50,658 nucleotides of DNA, taken from IMG/VR virus record IMGVR_UViG_3300025834_000001, positions 1-50,658 of that record. The stretch is one strand, 5' to 3'. A program made the translations under genes and the position numbers. Shown piece after piece: positions 36,098 to 45,701 of the stretch; positions within the stretch are counted from its first letter, which is position 1; each line of letters starts with the position of its first letter. Origin of the DNA: a virus. Its lineage: Duplodnaviria; Caudoviricetes. The notes under the pieces are model-generated. The model was not told the DNA's origin and ran no database searches. It worked only from the letters and a program-made list of their open reading frames with translations.

Positions 36098-37396
36098 TTA
36101 ATGAAATTCCATAGGGACAAACTGTATGCCTTTTCCTGGGATAAGTTTATACTGCTCCGTTATTATCTTACCCTGTTGTGGAGAGCTCGAAGTGTACATA
36201 AACTTGGCGTCTTTGCCTGCTTGAGCTTGGCCTTCTTCAAGTGTAGCTACGATTCCTGCCTCTTTAAGAATCATCGCTGCTTGGCTTGGTTGCTTGTTTC
36301 TCAAAGCGTTCTGGTAGTCTGTCCAGAAATCACTTCCTGTCGCTGGATTAGTACCATTAGCGTTGTAGCTTGAACCACCTTTGTAACTTGCTGCGTTTAT
36401 TCTAGCTGCATCAGCCTGCCCTTTAGCGTTTATATTAGCTGCTTCAAGGGTACCTTTTAACTGTGTATCTGCTGTGTAGTTTCTAGCATTAGAATCAAGA
36501 GCACCAACACCATACTGTGTATCAGCGGCGTACTTACCTGCATCAATTCCTGCAAGACTTGTACCTGCACTATTGGCTGCCTGTAATGCAAGAACTGCAT
36601 TCTGTGCCATCGCTGCCTGTTCTTTATCGTTAAGCATTGCACCAGTCTGTGCCACATTAGTAGCCCCGGCTGCGTTAACTTGTGAATTCTGGAGAAGTGC
36701 TGACATCTCTTGTGCTGCCTGCATCCCTCTGGAAGCTCCAGTTGCTACAGCTGCTGCGTTTGATTTACGTATAATATCGGCTTGGGTCTGTTGCCCAGTG
36801 AAGATCGAATCCATAAACTGATTGGCTACCATCTTCTGTTGGCCTTGCTGTACTCCAAAGGATTTAGCAGTAGCATCATTGTAGATTCCTTCAATGGTGC
36901 CTCTGTCAGTTGTAATCCCATACAGTTTAGCAAGTGCTGCTGCACCTACCATATTAGCAGGATTCTGTGAAGGTGTAACCCCGGGGATCATTGGTGCTTC
37001 TGCAACTGCCCCTTGTGGCCTTGATGTTTCAACTCCACCTTTGTCGGTCATAAGATAATACTTTCCGTTCTCACTTACAACGGTGTCACCAACACCAACC
37101 CTAGATCCATTAGCATAGAAGGTTTGTCCCCCAGAGTTGTATCCCATAGCAGAAGTTCCATCTGCCTTAAATATTTCAGCTCCAAAAGATTTAGCTGCTG
37201 GGGCTGGAGTTGGAGTTGGAGTTGGAGCAGGTTTACCTGCATTAGAATACTGTGTTGCTACACCTGCTTGGGATCTAATAGCATTGGCTGCTTTATTAGC
37301 TGCAAGCATTCCTGCATCATCTTTATTCTTTTGTGCTTTTGCATACGCTGCACTTTGTGCTGCAATTAATTTAGTTTGTGCTGCTGTTAGTGCCAT
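36098..37396 (-). CDS. Ala/Gln/Gly-rich probable internal virion protein
   Basis: Low-complexity A/Q/G composition typical of podovirus ejection proteins; AGGAGGT RBS. Confidence 0.6.
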   Translation of the reverse strand: MALTAAQTKLIAAQSAAYAKAQKNKDDAGMLAANKAANAIRSQAGVATQYSNAGKPAPTPTPTPAPAAKSFGAEIFKADGTSAMGYNSGGQTFYANGSRVGVGDTVVSENGKYYLMTDKGGVETSRPQGAVAEAPMIPGVTPSQNPANMVGAAALAKLYGITTDRGTIEGIYNDATAKSFGVQQGQQKMVANQFMDSIFTGQQTQADIIRKSNAAAVATGASRGMQAAQEMSALLQNSQVNAAGATNVAQTGAMLNDKEQAAMAQNAVLALQAANSAGTSLAGIDAGKYAADTQYGVGALDSNARNYTADTQLKGTLEAANINAKGQADAARINAASYKGGSSYNANGTNPATGSDFWTDYQNALRNKQPSQAAMILKEAGIVATLEEGQAQAGKDAKFMYTSSSPQQGKIITEQYKLIPGKGIQFVPMEFH

Positions 37397-37407
37397 TAAT
37401 ACACCTC

Positions 37408-37683
37408 CTATTCCCCGTCTACTTTATTAAAATTAGATAGCCCATTTGCACCCAAACTGACCGAGATTGATGTCAGCAGATAAAGCACTAGGTCAAAGGG
37501 AACGAATGTGCCTCCTTGAAATTGTACTAATAGGATTAGTATAAACGCTACTAAAGCCGAGTAGTATTTAGTTTCAAGGTATTTAATATATGGGAGTCCT
37601 TTTGTAAACTCCACAACCATAAACACAATTGTTACGAATGTTGCATACGCCGTGAGCAAATCCCATGTAATATAATCATTCAT
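37408..37683 (-). CDS. Holin-like membrane protein
   Basis: 91 aa with three hydrophobic segments, near the endolysin gene. Confidence 0.7.
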   Translation of the reverse strand: MNDYITWDLLTAYATFVTIVFMVVEFTKGLPYIKYLETKYYSALVAFILILLVQFQGGTFVPFDLVLYLLTSISVSLGANGLSNFNKVDGE

Positions 37684-38102
37684 TGTCCTGCTCCTTTTCT
37701 CGTTCGAGCACTAGTCTCCCGGGTGTTAGTACAATTTCTAACACGCTCTTTAATCTCTGTTGTATTTGCGAGTAAGGAATTAACTTGGAGTTCCATTCGA
37801 TCTACGTTAGCAACATGGTAATCCAACTTAGTTTCCATTTTACTTACCTGTCGTTCTAATGAGTTTATGGATGCAGTAGATGCTGCTTGCATATCACTCA
37901 TAGTTTTATTTAAGACATCTATGGCAGATCCTAATGCCTGCACTGCTTTTGAAAGTGTATCCCCAACACTCTTTAATGCTGGGATGAATTCTTTAATCAC
38001 AAAGAAGACAATTGCGAATATAATCCCGAGGGCTATGACGCCAGCTCCGAATGTTTCGATCTGCTGTAATGCACCCGTATTGTCTATTATTTGTTCTGCC
38101 AT
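37680..38102 (-). CDS. Membrane-anchored coiled-coil protein (lysis cassette)
   Basis: One TM segment followed by a coiled coil; GAGGTGA RBS. Confidence 0.6.
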   Translation of the reverse strand: MAEQIIDNTGALQQIETFGAGVIALGIIFAIVFFVIKEFIPALKSVGDTLSKAVQALGSAIDVLNKTMSDMQAASTASINSLERQVSKMETKLDYHVANVDRMELQVNSLLANTTEIKERVRNCTNTRETSARTRKGAGQ

Positions 38103-38179
38103 CTAGTCACCTCACTAACTTGCATTCGCAATAACTTCTATAGTCATATTTTAACATTTTTTGTATAATTATGCAATGG

Positions 38180-39388
38180 TTACGCTATCCATGTCTTACC
38201 GAAATATTCTACCACTGCCTTGGCATAGGCTACCCCGAATGCTCCCTGCTCTGCCTTGGTATCAATGGCTTTGACATCGTTCACATTATCTAGGAACGCT
38301 GTCTCTATAATGATAGACGTAGCATAGATCTCTCGAAGGAACCCATAGTAGTCCTTGCCATAAGAGTTGAGTCTTGTCTTAACCCCTCTGCTGTTCTGCC
38401 CCAGTGCCTTGGCATACTTTTCACAAAGCAGTGCAAGTTTTAAACTGTCAGTACCAACGATTGATCTAAAGGCTTCAAACCCATCTCCACCGCCTGCATT
38501 GTTGTGGATTCCTATAGCAATATCTGGTTTGAACGCATTACATTCCTTGATTTCGTCAACCAATGGGTCGTACACATCACTGGTTCTGCTGAGTAAAGTA
38601 ATGTACCCTTGCTTTATCAATGCAGCGTTCAGTGCCAATGCCATAACAAGGTTTACATCCTTCTCATTGAGGCCGTTTGCAACAGCCCCAGAATCTGAAC
38701 CACCATGCCCTACCCCTATAAATATCTTCTTTTTTAAAGTAGTGGTTGGGGGAGCAACTGGATAATCAATCCCTTGAGTAGCAAAGCCCTGCTCGATATA
38801 TAGATTGTGCTTGCATTCTGCAGTGCTGCCATTGATTGCTGGGATATGCCCACCATCTCCAATGATGGCCAGCTCAAATCCTTGAGCCTTTACCCATAGG
38901 TTGATCTGGTAAGCACTCATGCTATGGATATAAATCTGGTAGCACTTACCTGCCTTCATGGCAATAACAGTATGGGCAGTCTTGCGTAACACGTCGGTAT
39001 AGTTGTAGTACTTTCCATTTTTATAGAACTTGGCAAAGCCTTCCACAGATGGTTTGTAATTACCTATCAGTCCTACACCACCAACAGCCCACAGTACGTT
39101 GGCTCTATCGGGAATTTCTGTGTCATACTTGTATCGTCCGTACCCGAATGTGCCATCTTTATATCTGTAGATTACTGATTCTGGGTACCCTAACCAAGCA
39201 TGGCAGGCAGACCCACATACAGCCTTGCCTTTATTTACAAGTATTGATCCTGGAATTTTCCCACTAGGCCATGTAAAACTAGCAGACATTGCATCCTTGT
39301 AATTCTTCAGTGGGCCATTAGGGTCAAACACCAGTAAATCATCACTTACTATTGCATGTTCATATCCTATCTTAATTGTCTTTGGCAT
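38180..39388 (-). CDS. Endolysin: phosphodiester-glycosidase (NAGPA)-like N-terminal domain plus Amidase_3
   Basis: C-terminal IFIGVGHGGSDSGA, NEKD, IHNNAGGG and IIETAF (Amidase_3 zinc ligands). N-terminal AVGGVGL...HTVIA...GDGG pattern. Confidence 0.8.
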   Translation of the reverse strand: MPKTIKIGYEHAIVSDDLLVFDPNGPLKNYKDAMSASFTWPSGKIPGSILVNKGKAVCGSACHAWLGYPESVIYRYKDGTFGYGRYKYDTEIPDRANVLWAVGGVGLIGNYKPSVEGFAKFYKNGKYYNYTDVLRKTAHTVIAMKAGKCYQIYIHSMSAYQINLWVKAQGFELAIIGDGGHIPAINGSTAECKHNLYIEQGFATQGIDYPVAPPTTTLKKKIFIGVGHGGSDSGAVANGLNEKDVNLVMALALNAALIKQGYITLLSRTSDVYDPLVDEIKECNAFKPDIAIGIHNNAGGGDGFEAFRSIVGTDSLKLALLCEKYAKALGQNSRGVKTRLNSYGKDYYGFLREIYATSIIIETAFLDNVNDVKAIDTKAEQGAFGVAYAKAVVEYFGKTWIA

Positions 39389-39434
39389 AATAGCCTCCTT
39401 ATAGGGGTATTGCTACCCCTTTGATTTTACCTAA

Positions 39435-39593
39435 TTAGTCAACACTAATTCCTAAATATCCTTCAATTACTTCAATTCTTTTTAGCAAGTCGTTAGTTTT
39501 TGTGCTTTTTTTGTCAATTAGCTTTCGTTTTTCCTTAACACTATTCACCTTTTGAATCTCTTCATCAGACTTCACTTTCATTTTTTCTATCAT
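39435..39593 (-). CDS. Small hypothetical protein after the tail fibre gene (52 aa)
   Basis: Read by hand: MIEKMKVKSDEEIQK...LKRIEVIEGYLGISVD. GGAGGT RBS; ATGA overlap. Confidence 0.6.
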   Translation of the reverse strand: MIEKMKVKSDEEIQKVNSVKEKRKLIDKKSTKTNDLLKRIEVIEGYLGISVD

Positions 39594-42355
39594 ATTGAAC
39601 CTCCCCAAGCAACCGCAAGTAATTTTACATTCCCATCAAGTATAATTTTCAATACAATGTTTGTTCCTGCTGATTGTGCGGATATACCTGTTACTGTATC
39701 CAAGCCACATTCTGTAAACGTAACTCCATTATTTCTTGATATGTAGCATAATATACTTCCAGTTCCAATAATTGACATTACTTCTACTATTGCATTAACC
39801 AGTGTCCCTTCTGATGTTGTTGCATTCCAAACAATAATTGCAGTATCTAATGCAGCTTCTTTCATTTCGATTTCTGCTATTTTTATATATATTCCTGCAC
39901 CAATAGCGGCTGATAGGACTCTCCAATATCTAACATTAGTAGTTGTCGATACATCAAAAGTTTGAACATCAGTTGTTGCAGAAGTTACCAAATCTCTTAC
40001 GGTAGTCCAAGTTGTACCGTCGGGGGAACTTTGAAAATGTAGAGTGCTATTTGAATTAGAGGCTCCTAATTTAATAGTTACTTGTCTAACACACGTAGGT
40101 AATGCAAATACATATCCAACACTAGCGGTTTCATACACGCCAGTACCTGATTGAGATGATTGCCAATACGTTGAAATATTATCATCAAAAGCGTTGTTTG
40201 GAGATGACCCTGCATATGTACCATTACTAATGGTAGTTCCACCAACACATTTATCAAGTGTATAAACACCTACAAGTGCCGCACATTGTAAGGATTTAGC
40301 ACTATTATCAAAATAATATCCACTTGATAGTGCAACATTAATACCAGTTATATCTTCCAAAGTATCACTCCAAGCATTAGGGTCTAAATTCAATCCAGTT
40401 TGTCGCATCTTCATTCGCAAAATATCACGTTGAAGGAGAGAATTTACTGTAGATAAACTACTCAAGTTACTGCTGACTATGTCATTAATTAATTTAACTT
40501 GATGAACCGATGCAGCATTGACTGCACTGTCTGATGTTAATGAGTTTTCTACAGTTGTAACAGTATCTTGTGCAGGGATGCCTAAAGCAGTGATATCAGC
40601 CTTTACTGCAACTGCAACTTTACCACCAGAACCTTTAAGAAGCCCAGTTAATACTGTGTCGGTTGTAGTACCAACGCTATTAGGCCCCACATCACCTTGT
40701 ACACCTTGGCTACCCGTTGTACCAGTATCTCCCTTAACACCTTGTATGCCTTGGGCACCATCGGCTCCTGTGTTTCCAGTATCACCTTTAACACCTTGAA
40801 TACCTTGAATACCTTGAATACCTTGGATACCTTGAGAACCTGTTGTACCTGTAGCACCATCTGCTCCTGGGGCACCTTTACTTGCCATTAAACCCCAATA
40901 GGTTGCATTTGGTGGAAGGTTTCCTGCTGAAGATGTATGTGATAATTTACAGAAATATGAATTACCTAAATACTCAACTGTGTCTATTTGAGCTACAGTA
41001 TTTACATATGGGTTAGCAGTAATCCAAGTACCTTGAGGATAATAACCTTTTCCAGTTATACCTTGAATTCCTTGAATTCCTTGCGAACCTGTGGCTCCAG
41101 TCTCTCCTGCTACACCCTGGGAACCTGCATTACCTTGAATACCTTGAATCCCCTGTGCTCCTTGTGGGCCTTGCAGTGAACCTAGATTAACCCACTGGCC
41201 TTGAATCGTATCCCAGTTGTAAATTACATTTGTTATTTGCGTTCCTACTGCGTAAGCATCTCCTGTTGCTCCAGTGGGTTGTGCTGTCTGCAAAGCAAGT
41301 AATGTAGCGTAAATACCTTTAATTGCAAAGGACGCTCCGTCTGCACCATTATTACCTTTAAGACCTTGAGGACCTCCTGGGCCTTGTGCTCCTACGCCCC
41401 CTGCTGCACCAGTTAAACCAGTGTCACCTTTGTCGCCTTTGTCTCCAGTAATACCTTGCAGACCTCTTGCTCCAATGTCACCTTGAGCTCCAGTCGCACC
41501 TGTGCTACCTGCAGGGCCTTCGACACCTTGGACGCCTGGTACGCCTTGTGTTCCTTGAGATCCTTGAGCACCAATATCACCTTGTGCACCAGGTGCACCT
41601 GTAAGACCTATGACACCTTGGCTTCCTGTGTCACCTTTAATACCTTGACTCCCAGAAACACCTACAAGCCCACGGTCACCTTGAGCTCCTTGAATACCTT
41701 GGTTCCCTTGGGCACCTTGTGCACCGGTAAGTCCTATTGACCCTTGGGGGCCTTGAATTCCTATAGGGCCTATACTGCCTTGATTACCTTGGACACCTTG
41801 GGCACCCTGTGGGCCTTTTACATTTACTACTGACGGGATAACCCCGGCTTGACCTTCTGTGAAGGACATTGTTCCAGAGACTTGATCCACAGAAGGAATA
41901 ATAGAGTTTCCTTTAAGTCCCTGTATTCCTTGAACACCTTGGGCTCCAGTTAAACCTTGTATTCCTTGTATACCTTGCAACCCAGTTATTCCTGTAATAA
42001 TAGTTTGTACTCCATCATCGGACACAACTACATTATTAAACTTCAATCTGGATCTTTGAGGAAGCCCCTCTCCTACACTGTTGATTATTAAATGACCACT
42101 GGAGCCTGTAGCAAACCAGTCAACTCCATTAATAGTAGTCTCAATAACATTGTCTACATTAAGTCTTAACTGAAGGATATCGTCAGAGACTATAGACTTG
42201 TTTACAACTTCAACCACATCGACAAGAATCTCTGCAAGGTAATCCCCCTGGATAATATTCAGATTCCAGAGTTCATTCCACTTTGCTGCAGTGACAACAA
42301 ACTTGCCAACTTGCGTCTCAGTTTGATTTATATATTTGGGAATGTAATTTATCAT
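39590..42355 (-). CDS. Collagen-like tail fibre with a C-terminal discoidin (F5/8 type C)-like domain
   Basis: Long Gly-X-Y runs; NAFDDNISTYW, FQSSPDGTTWT, RYWRV and IAEIEM. Confidence 0.85.
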   Translation of the reverse strand: MINYIPKYINQTETQVGKFVVTAAKWNELWNLNIIQGDYLAEILVDVVEVVNKSIVSDDILQLRLNVDNVIETTINGVDWFATGSSGHLIINSVGEGLPQRSRLKFNNVVVSDDGVQTIITGITGLQGIQGIQGLTGAQGVQGIQGLKGNSIIPSVDQVSGTMSFTEGQAGVIPSVVNVKGPQGAQGVQGNQGSIGPIGIQGPQGSIGLTGAQGAQGNQGIQGAQGDRGLVGVSGSQGIKGDTGSQGVIGLTGAPGAQGDIGAQGSQGTQGVPGVQGVEGPAGSTGATGAQGDIGARGLQGITGDKGDKGDTGLTGAAGGVGAQGPGGPQGLKGNNGADGASFAIKGIYATLLALQTAQPTGATGDAYAVGTQITNVIYNWDTIQGQWVNLGSLQGPQGAQGIQGIQGNAGSQGVAGETGATGSQGIQGIQGITGKGYYPQGTWITANPYVNTVAQIDTVEYLGNSYFCKLSHTSSAGNLPPNATYWGLMASKGAPGADGATGTTGSQGIQGIQGIQGIQGVKGDTGNTGADGAQGIQGVKGDTGTTGSQGVQGDVGPNSVGTTTDTVLTGLLKGSGGKVAVAVKADITALGIPAQDTVTTVENSLTSDSAVNAASVHQVKLINDIVSSNLSSLSTVNSLLQRDILRMKMRQTGLNLDPNAWSDTLEDITGINVALSSGYYFDNSAKSLQCAALVGVYTLDKCVGGTTISNGTYAGSSPNNAFDDNISTYWQSSQSGTGVYETASVGYVFALPTCVRQVTIKLGASNSNSTLHFQSSPDGTTWTTVRDLVTSATTDVQTFDVSTTTNVRYWRVLSAAIGAGIYIKIAEIEMKEAALDTAIIVWNATTSEGTLVNAIVEVMSIIGTGSILCYISRNNGVTFTECGLDTVTGISAQSAGTNIVLKIILDGNVKLLAVAWGGSI

Positions 42356-42362
42356 ATTTCAC

Positions 42363-44810
42363 CTACCTCGCATTCATCATTCGATATACCCACGCCATAT
42401 TGAGTATCTCGTAGGATACTTCATTCTGGGAGATAAATCTCATTCTTGGGTTATAACCTTTTCCCGAAACGATCATACGGATTTTCCACAATCTCATTTC
42501 TGGAAAACCAGAGCCATCCAATGTCCAAGCACCCCAGTCTTGATCGTCCTCTGCCAACATCGTTTCTCCTGGGAGAATCGTTGGATCAAGTAGTTCTCGC
42601 TCTAAACTAATCAAGCCATAGTCTGGATTAGCTGGGTCTACTTCTTGGTGCATTACATATTTAAACATATTGTAACGCTGCTCTCCATCTATAAAGAAGT
42701 CTGTATAAAACTTCAACGACTCTACAGATGTATTATTGAAAAGGAACTGGAGCTCACGATATCGTTTCTTATTACTGTTCAGTTGATCACGATAACCTGT
42801 GTCCCAGAACTGCCAATTTTTAAACAACTTTCTAAGTTCTAAAGCTCCGATTATTTCTGGGAGAAAAGTGGCTGCCGTTGTGAAGACACTTCCGTTAGGG
42901 ATATATAAGTCTTGTCTAGTCAAGGAATCTTTCTCTAGGAACTGGATTACAGGAACTGTATAAGCCCCTTTAACCACAGAACTCAACTCCATGTACATAC
43001 CAGACTTTGTCATATCCTGTTGGAAGGAACTCATAATGACTTCACTCTCTAGAGTATAAACTCTCCAAGATCTCGCTAGAGTATTGTATAGTAGCATTAC
43101 ATTTATTAATCTACCTGTGTCGGTTTTGAATACATACACATTGTGTACATCTTCAAAGTCTAGGAAGTTATAGTAATGTACTAACTCAATCCCACCTCTG
43201 TAGTCAAATGTACTGTTAAGTATTTCCTTAACGGTATCTTCAAAATCATCTAACATCGCTATGACGTTTTTAGAGATTGGAGCTACCACTAGGTTCTCTG
43301 CGTTAAGTTTACTAGGCACTACCATGTAATAGTAATTACCAGACTTAAAGAAAACCATTCCCTTAACAACTTGGATTAAGTGGATATCCCAAGTAGAAAT
43401 ATTCAGATTGCTTTGTATCTTTTTCTTGTACCAACCTAATCCGTCTGGGCTTGGGTTTAGCATAAACAAACTAGATGTGGTAAACACAAGCATAGCTTCA
43501 TTTACTGGGATACAATGCACGATTGGTTCTTCAAAGATATCAGACCCGGATGGGTATGGGAAATAGCTAGGATCGTTGATATCACTCATAAATAGGGATA
43601 GTGGGTTGCTTGGAATCCCCCACAATACCAACCTATTTTTCCAATAAGTCATACCTGCTGCTGTGCTTAGATCGTAGTTTTTCATCTTGGTGTTGTTCTT
43701 GTTTTCTTCTTTCAAGAAGGATATACCCATGGCAATAACCTTTTCTGGCATTGTTTCTGGCACACCCCCTATTACTTTAGTTGCAGTCAGCTGAATAATT
43801 ACGTTAGCTGCAGGAGAACTAAAAGATACCTTTAATTCTGGGAGAGTAGTTAAGGTCAATCGTTCGGTTTTCAATGTTGCGAATGTTGAACTGCCAGAAT
43901 CTTTCCACTCCCATTTAAAATCATAAACATTACCTGTGTTGCCTGCATAGAATGCTTCAAATGTTAAGTTCTGATTTAACAGTGGGTTCATTACAATCTC
44001 TCCATCTGCTCCATAAGGCAACAAACCTAACAGTTGAATTGTACCTGCAAAGTTTGTGTTCTCAAAAGTAAATGGGTTTTCCTTAAGCATATTGTAACCC
44101 CACATTACTGCTTCAGTTGGGCTTACTTCTTTAGGCACAAGAGCTTCACTAATATAAGAATCGTCAGTGTGTAGCTTAGTTTGATACAACTTTTTAGTTG
44201 TAACAGCCGGAGCTCCTATGGTCTCTTGTCCGAAGTAATAGTACATATTATTAAAAGCGTAACATCCAACTTGTCTTGATATGTTTTCTGTATCAACCAA
44301 AGGTAAACCATGGATTGACGCAGCTTCTGGTTTAGTGAAATAGACCTTACCTAGCTTTGTAGAATCAGCCATTTCTTTAAGGAGCATAGGGTACTGGGTT
44401 AGATTTGGATCACCTCCTACAACTGGTGCATCTTGCTGCACTGTAGCAATATGGCCCACACCTACATAAAGCTGCGTGTCAGCAATCTTATCTGTTGTAG
44501 GTTGACCAATAATAATCTGTCTGAAGGTTTTAGTCGATTCGGCTGAAATCTTACGCCCTGTGTAAAGAGACATAGATTCAGCATACTCCACAGGCACTGC
44601 AGCCAGGGACATTCCAAACGACTTAACACGAACACCGGGTCTTGGAGTTAATATAGCTCCAGTGGCATCTGTGTCGTAGTTAACTAAAAGACGAGACAGT
44701 CCTTCTGCGATTGGTGCGTTTGAATAAAGCATCCCCAATGTGAATACTTCGTCTACGTTTACCGATCTGGACTGCCTCATATTTTGTTTGTAAGCTACTC
44801 CTGTAATCAT
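42363..44810 (-). CDS. Probable tail tubular/nozzle protein
   Basis: 815-aa beta-rich protein (WKNRLVLW, LFMSDINDPSYFP) after the adaptor-like gene; podovirus gene order. Confidence 0.6.
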   Translation of the reverse strand: MITGVAYKQNMRQSRSVNVDEVFTLGMLYSNAPIAEGLSRLLVNYDTDATGAILTPRPGVRVKSFGMSLAAVPVEYAESMSLYTGRKISAESTKTFRQIIIGQPTTDKIADTQLYVGVGHIATVQQDAPVVGGDPNLTQYPMLLKEMADSTKLGKVYFTKPEAASIHGLPLVDTENISRQVGCYAFNNMYYYFGQETIGAPAVTTKKLYQTKLHTDDSYISEALVPKEVSPTEAVMWGYNMLKENPFTFENTNFAGTIQLLGLLPYGADGEIVMNPLLNQNLTFEAFYAGNTGNVYDFKWEWKDSGSSTFATLKTERLTLTTLPELKVSFSSPAANVIIQLTATKVIGGVPETMPEKVIAMGISFLKEENKNNTKMKNYDLSTAAGMTYWKNRLVLWGIPSNPLSLFMSDINDPSYFPYPSGSDIFEEPIVHCIPVNEAMLVFTTSSLFMLNPSPDGLGWYKKKIQSNLNISTWDIHLIQVVKGMVFFKSGNYYYMVVPSKLNAENLVVAPISKNVIAMLDDFEDTVKEILNSTFDYRGGIELVHYYNFLDFEDVHNVYVFKTDTGRLINVMLLYNTLARSWRVYTLESEVIMSSFQQDMTKSGMYMELSSVVKGAYTVPVIQFLEKDSLTRQDLYIPNGSVFTTAATFLPEIIGALELRKLFKNWQFWDTGYRDQLNSNKKRYRELQFLFNNTSVESLKFYTDFFIDGEQRYNMFKYVMHQEVDPANPDYGLISLERELLDPTILPGETMLAEDDQDWGAWTLDGSGFPEMRLWKIRMIVSGKGYNPRMRFISQNEVSYEILNMAWVYRMMNAR

Positions 44811-44811
44811 A

Positions 44812-45243
44812 TTAACTACCTATGTCTTCCCAAGATAATTTAATGACAGCGTCAGAACCCGTCACAGACCCTAGCGTTGTATTATCTTGATACAGTGGGT
44901 CTACAAAGTCAATGTAGTCCCGTACCATTTTGAATAAATTATCTTTGTACTCCCAGCCATAAGCTGTAGATGTTGCAATACCTTCCTCGTCAGATGTAAA
45001 GTATTTATACGCGGCACCTATACAAACGATGTTACGTATATACTTATCTGGAAAAAAGTTATAATTAGGCCATATTCCTGGGAATGCTGCTTCTGTAAAC
45101 TCTGTAAGCATTGGGTATTTAGAGTTCATTTGTTGATTTATATCGTCAACTGCTCTATCAAGAAACCTAGACATTTGACCAAATGTTAAGATTTCTCCAG
45201 CAAGTAACTCGTTTACTGTGGCAACTATTTGTGTCAGTTGCAT
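44812..45243 (-). CDS. Probable head-tail adaptor
   Basis: 143-aa helical protein between the capsid and nozzle genes; AGGAGGT RBS. Confidence 0.55.
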   Translation of the reverse strand: MQLTQIVATVNELLAGEILTFGQMSRFLDRAVDDINQQMNSKYPMLTEFTEAAFPGIWPNYNFFPDKYIRNIVCIGAAYKYFTSDEEGIATSTAYGWEYKDNLFKMVRDYIDFVDPLYQDNTTLGSVTGSDAVIKLSWEDIGS

Positions 45244-45263
45244 ACCACACCTCCTATAAATAA

Positions 45264-45290
45264 AATAGGAGAGGATTTCTCCCCTCCTAA
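45264..45290 (-). terminator. Terminator-like hairpin after the capsid operon
   Basis: On the minus strand, TAGGAGGGGA/TCCTCTCCTA is followed by TTTTATTT. Confidence 0.7.
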
Positions 45291-45295
45291 TTGTT

Positions 45296-45676
45296 TTAGT
45301 ACAATTCTAATTCCCCCGGTGAACCTTCCTGGTTCTCTCGAGAGTTACCCATTCTGGTCTGCACTTTAATATTTCTATTAATATGTGCAATTCTAGAATT
45401 GATTTCATCTGCGAAAGTCTCTGGAACGTTGTGTATAGTGCCATCCACTCTTACATATACACTGATACCATTAATCATAACCCTCATGGTTCTGCCAAAG
45501 TATGGTGCATACAGTGGTGATACGTTAACCGGTACCAGTGGCTCAGCCTTGTAGACCTTGAGTAATGCTTTCCTGCGAGCCTCGGCTCCCTGCATTGCTT
45601 TCTGAGCTGTCAGCTGAACGTCTGGTGGAATTACCTGTGCTACAACTTCTGGGGAATCTGTCTTTTTCTCTGCCAT
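45296..45676 (-). CDS. Hypothetical structural-region protein downstream of the capsid gene
   Basis: AAGGAGG RBS; position. Confidence 0.7.
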   Translation of the reverse strand: MAEKKTDSPEVVAQVIPPDVQLTAQKAMQGAEARRKALLKVYKAEPLVPVNVSPLYAPYFGRTMRVMINGISVYVRVDGTIHNVPETFADEINSRIAHINRNIKVQTRMGNSRENQEGSPGELELY

Positions 45677-45701
45677 TTAGGTTGCCTCCTTATAAGGTAG
45701 C

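Noticed and set aside
29331-37430. Numerous + strand ORFs opposite the giant protein and its neighbour
   Set aside because: They are antisense shadows with no RBS and Ser/Ile/Leu-rich translations typical of reverse frames.
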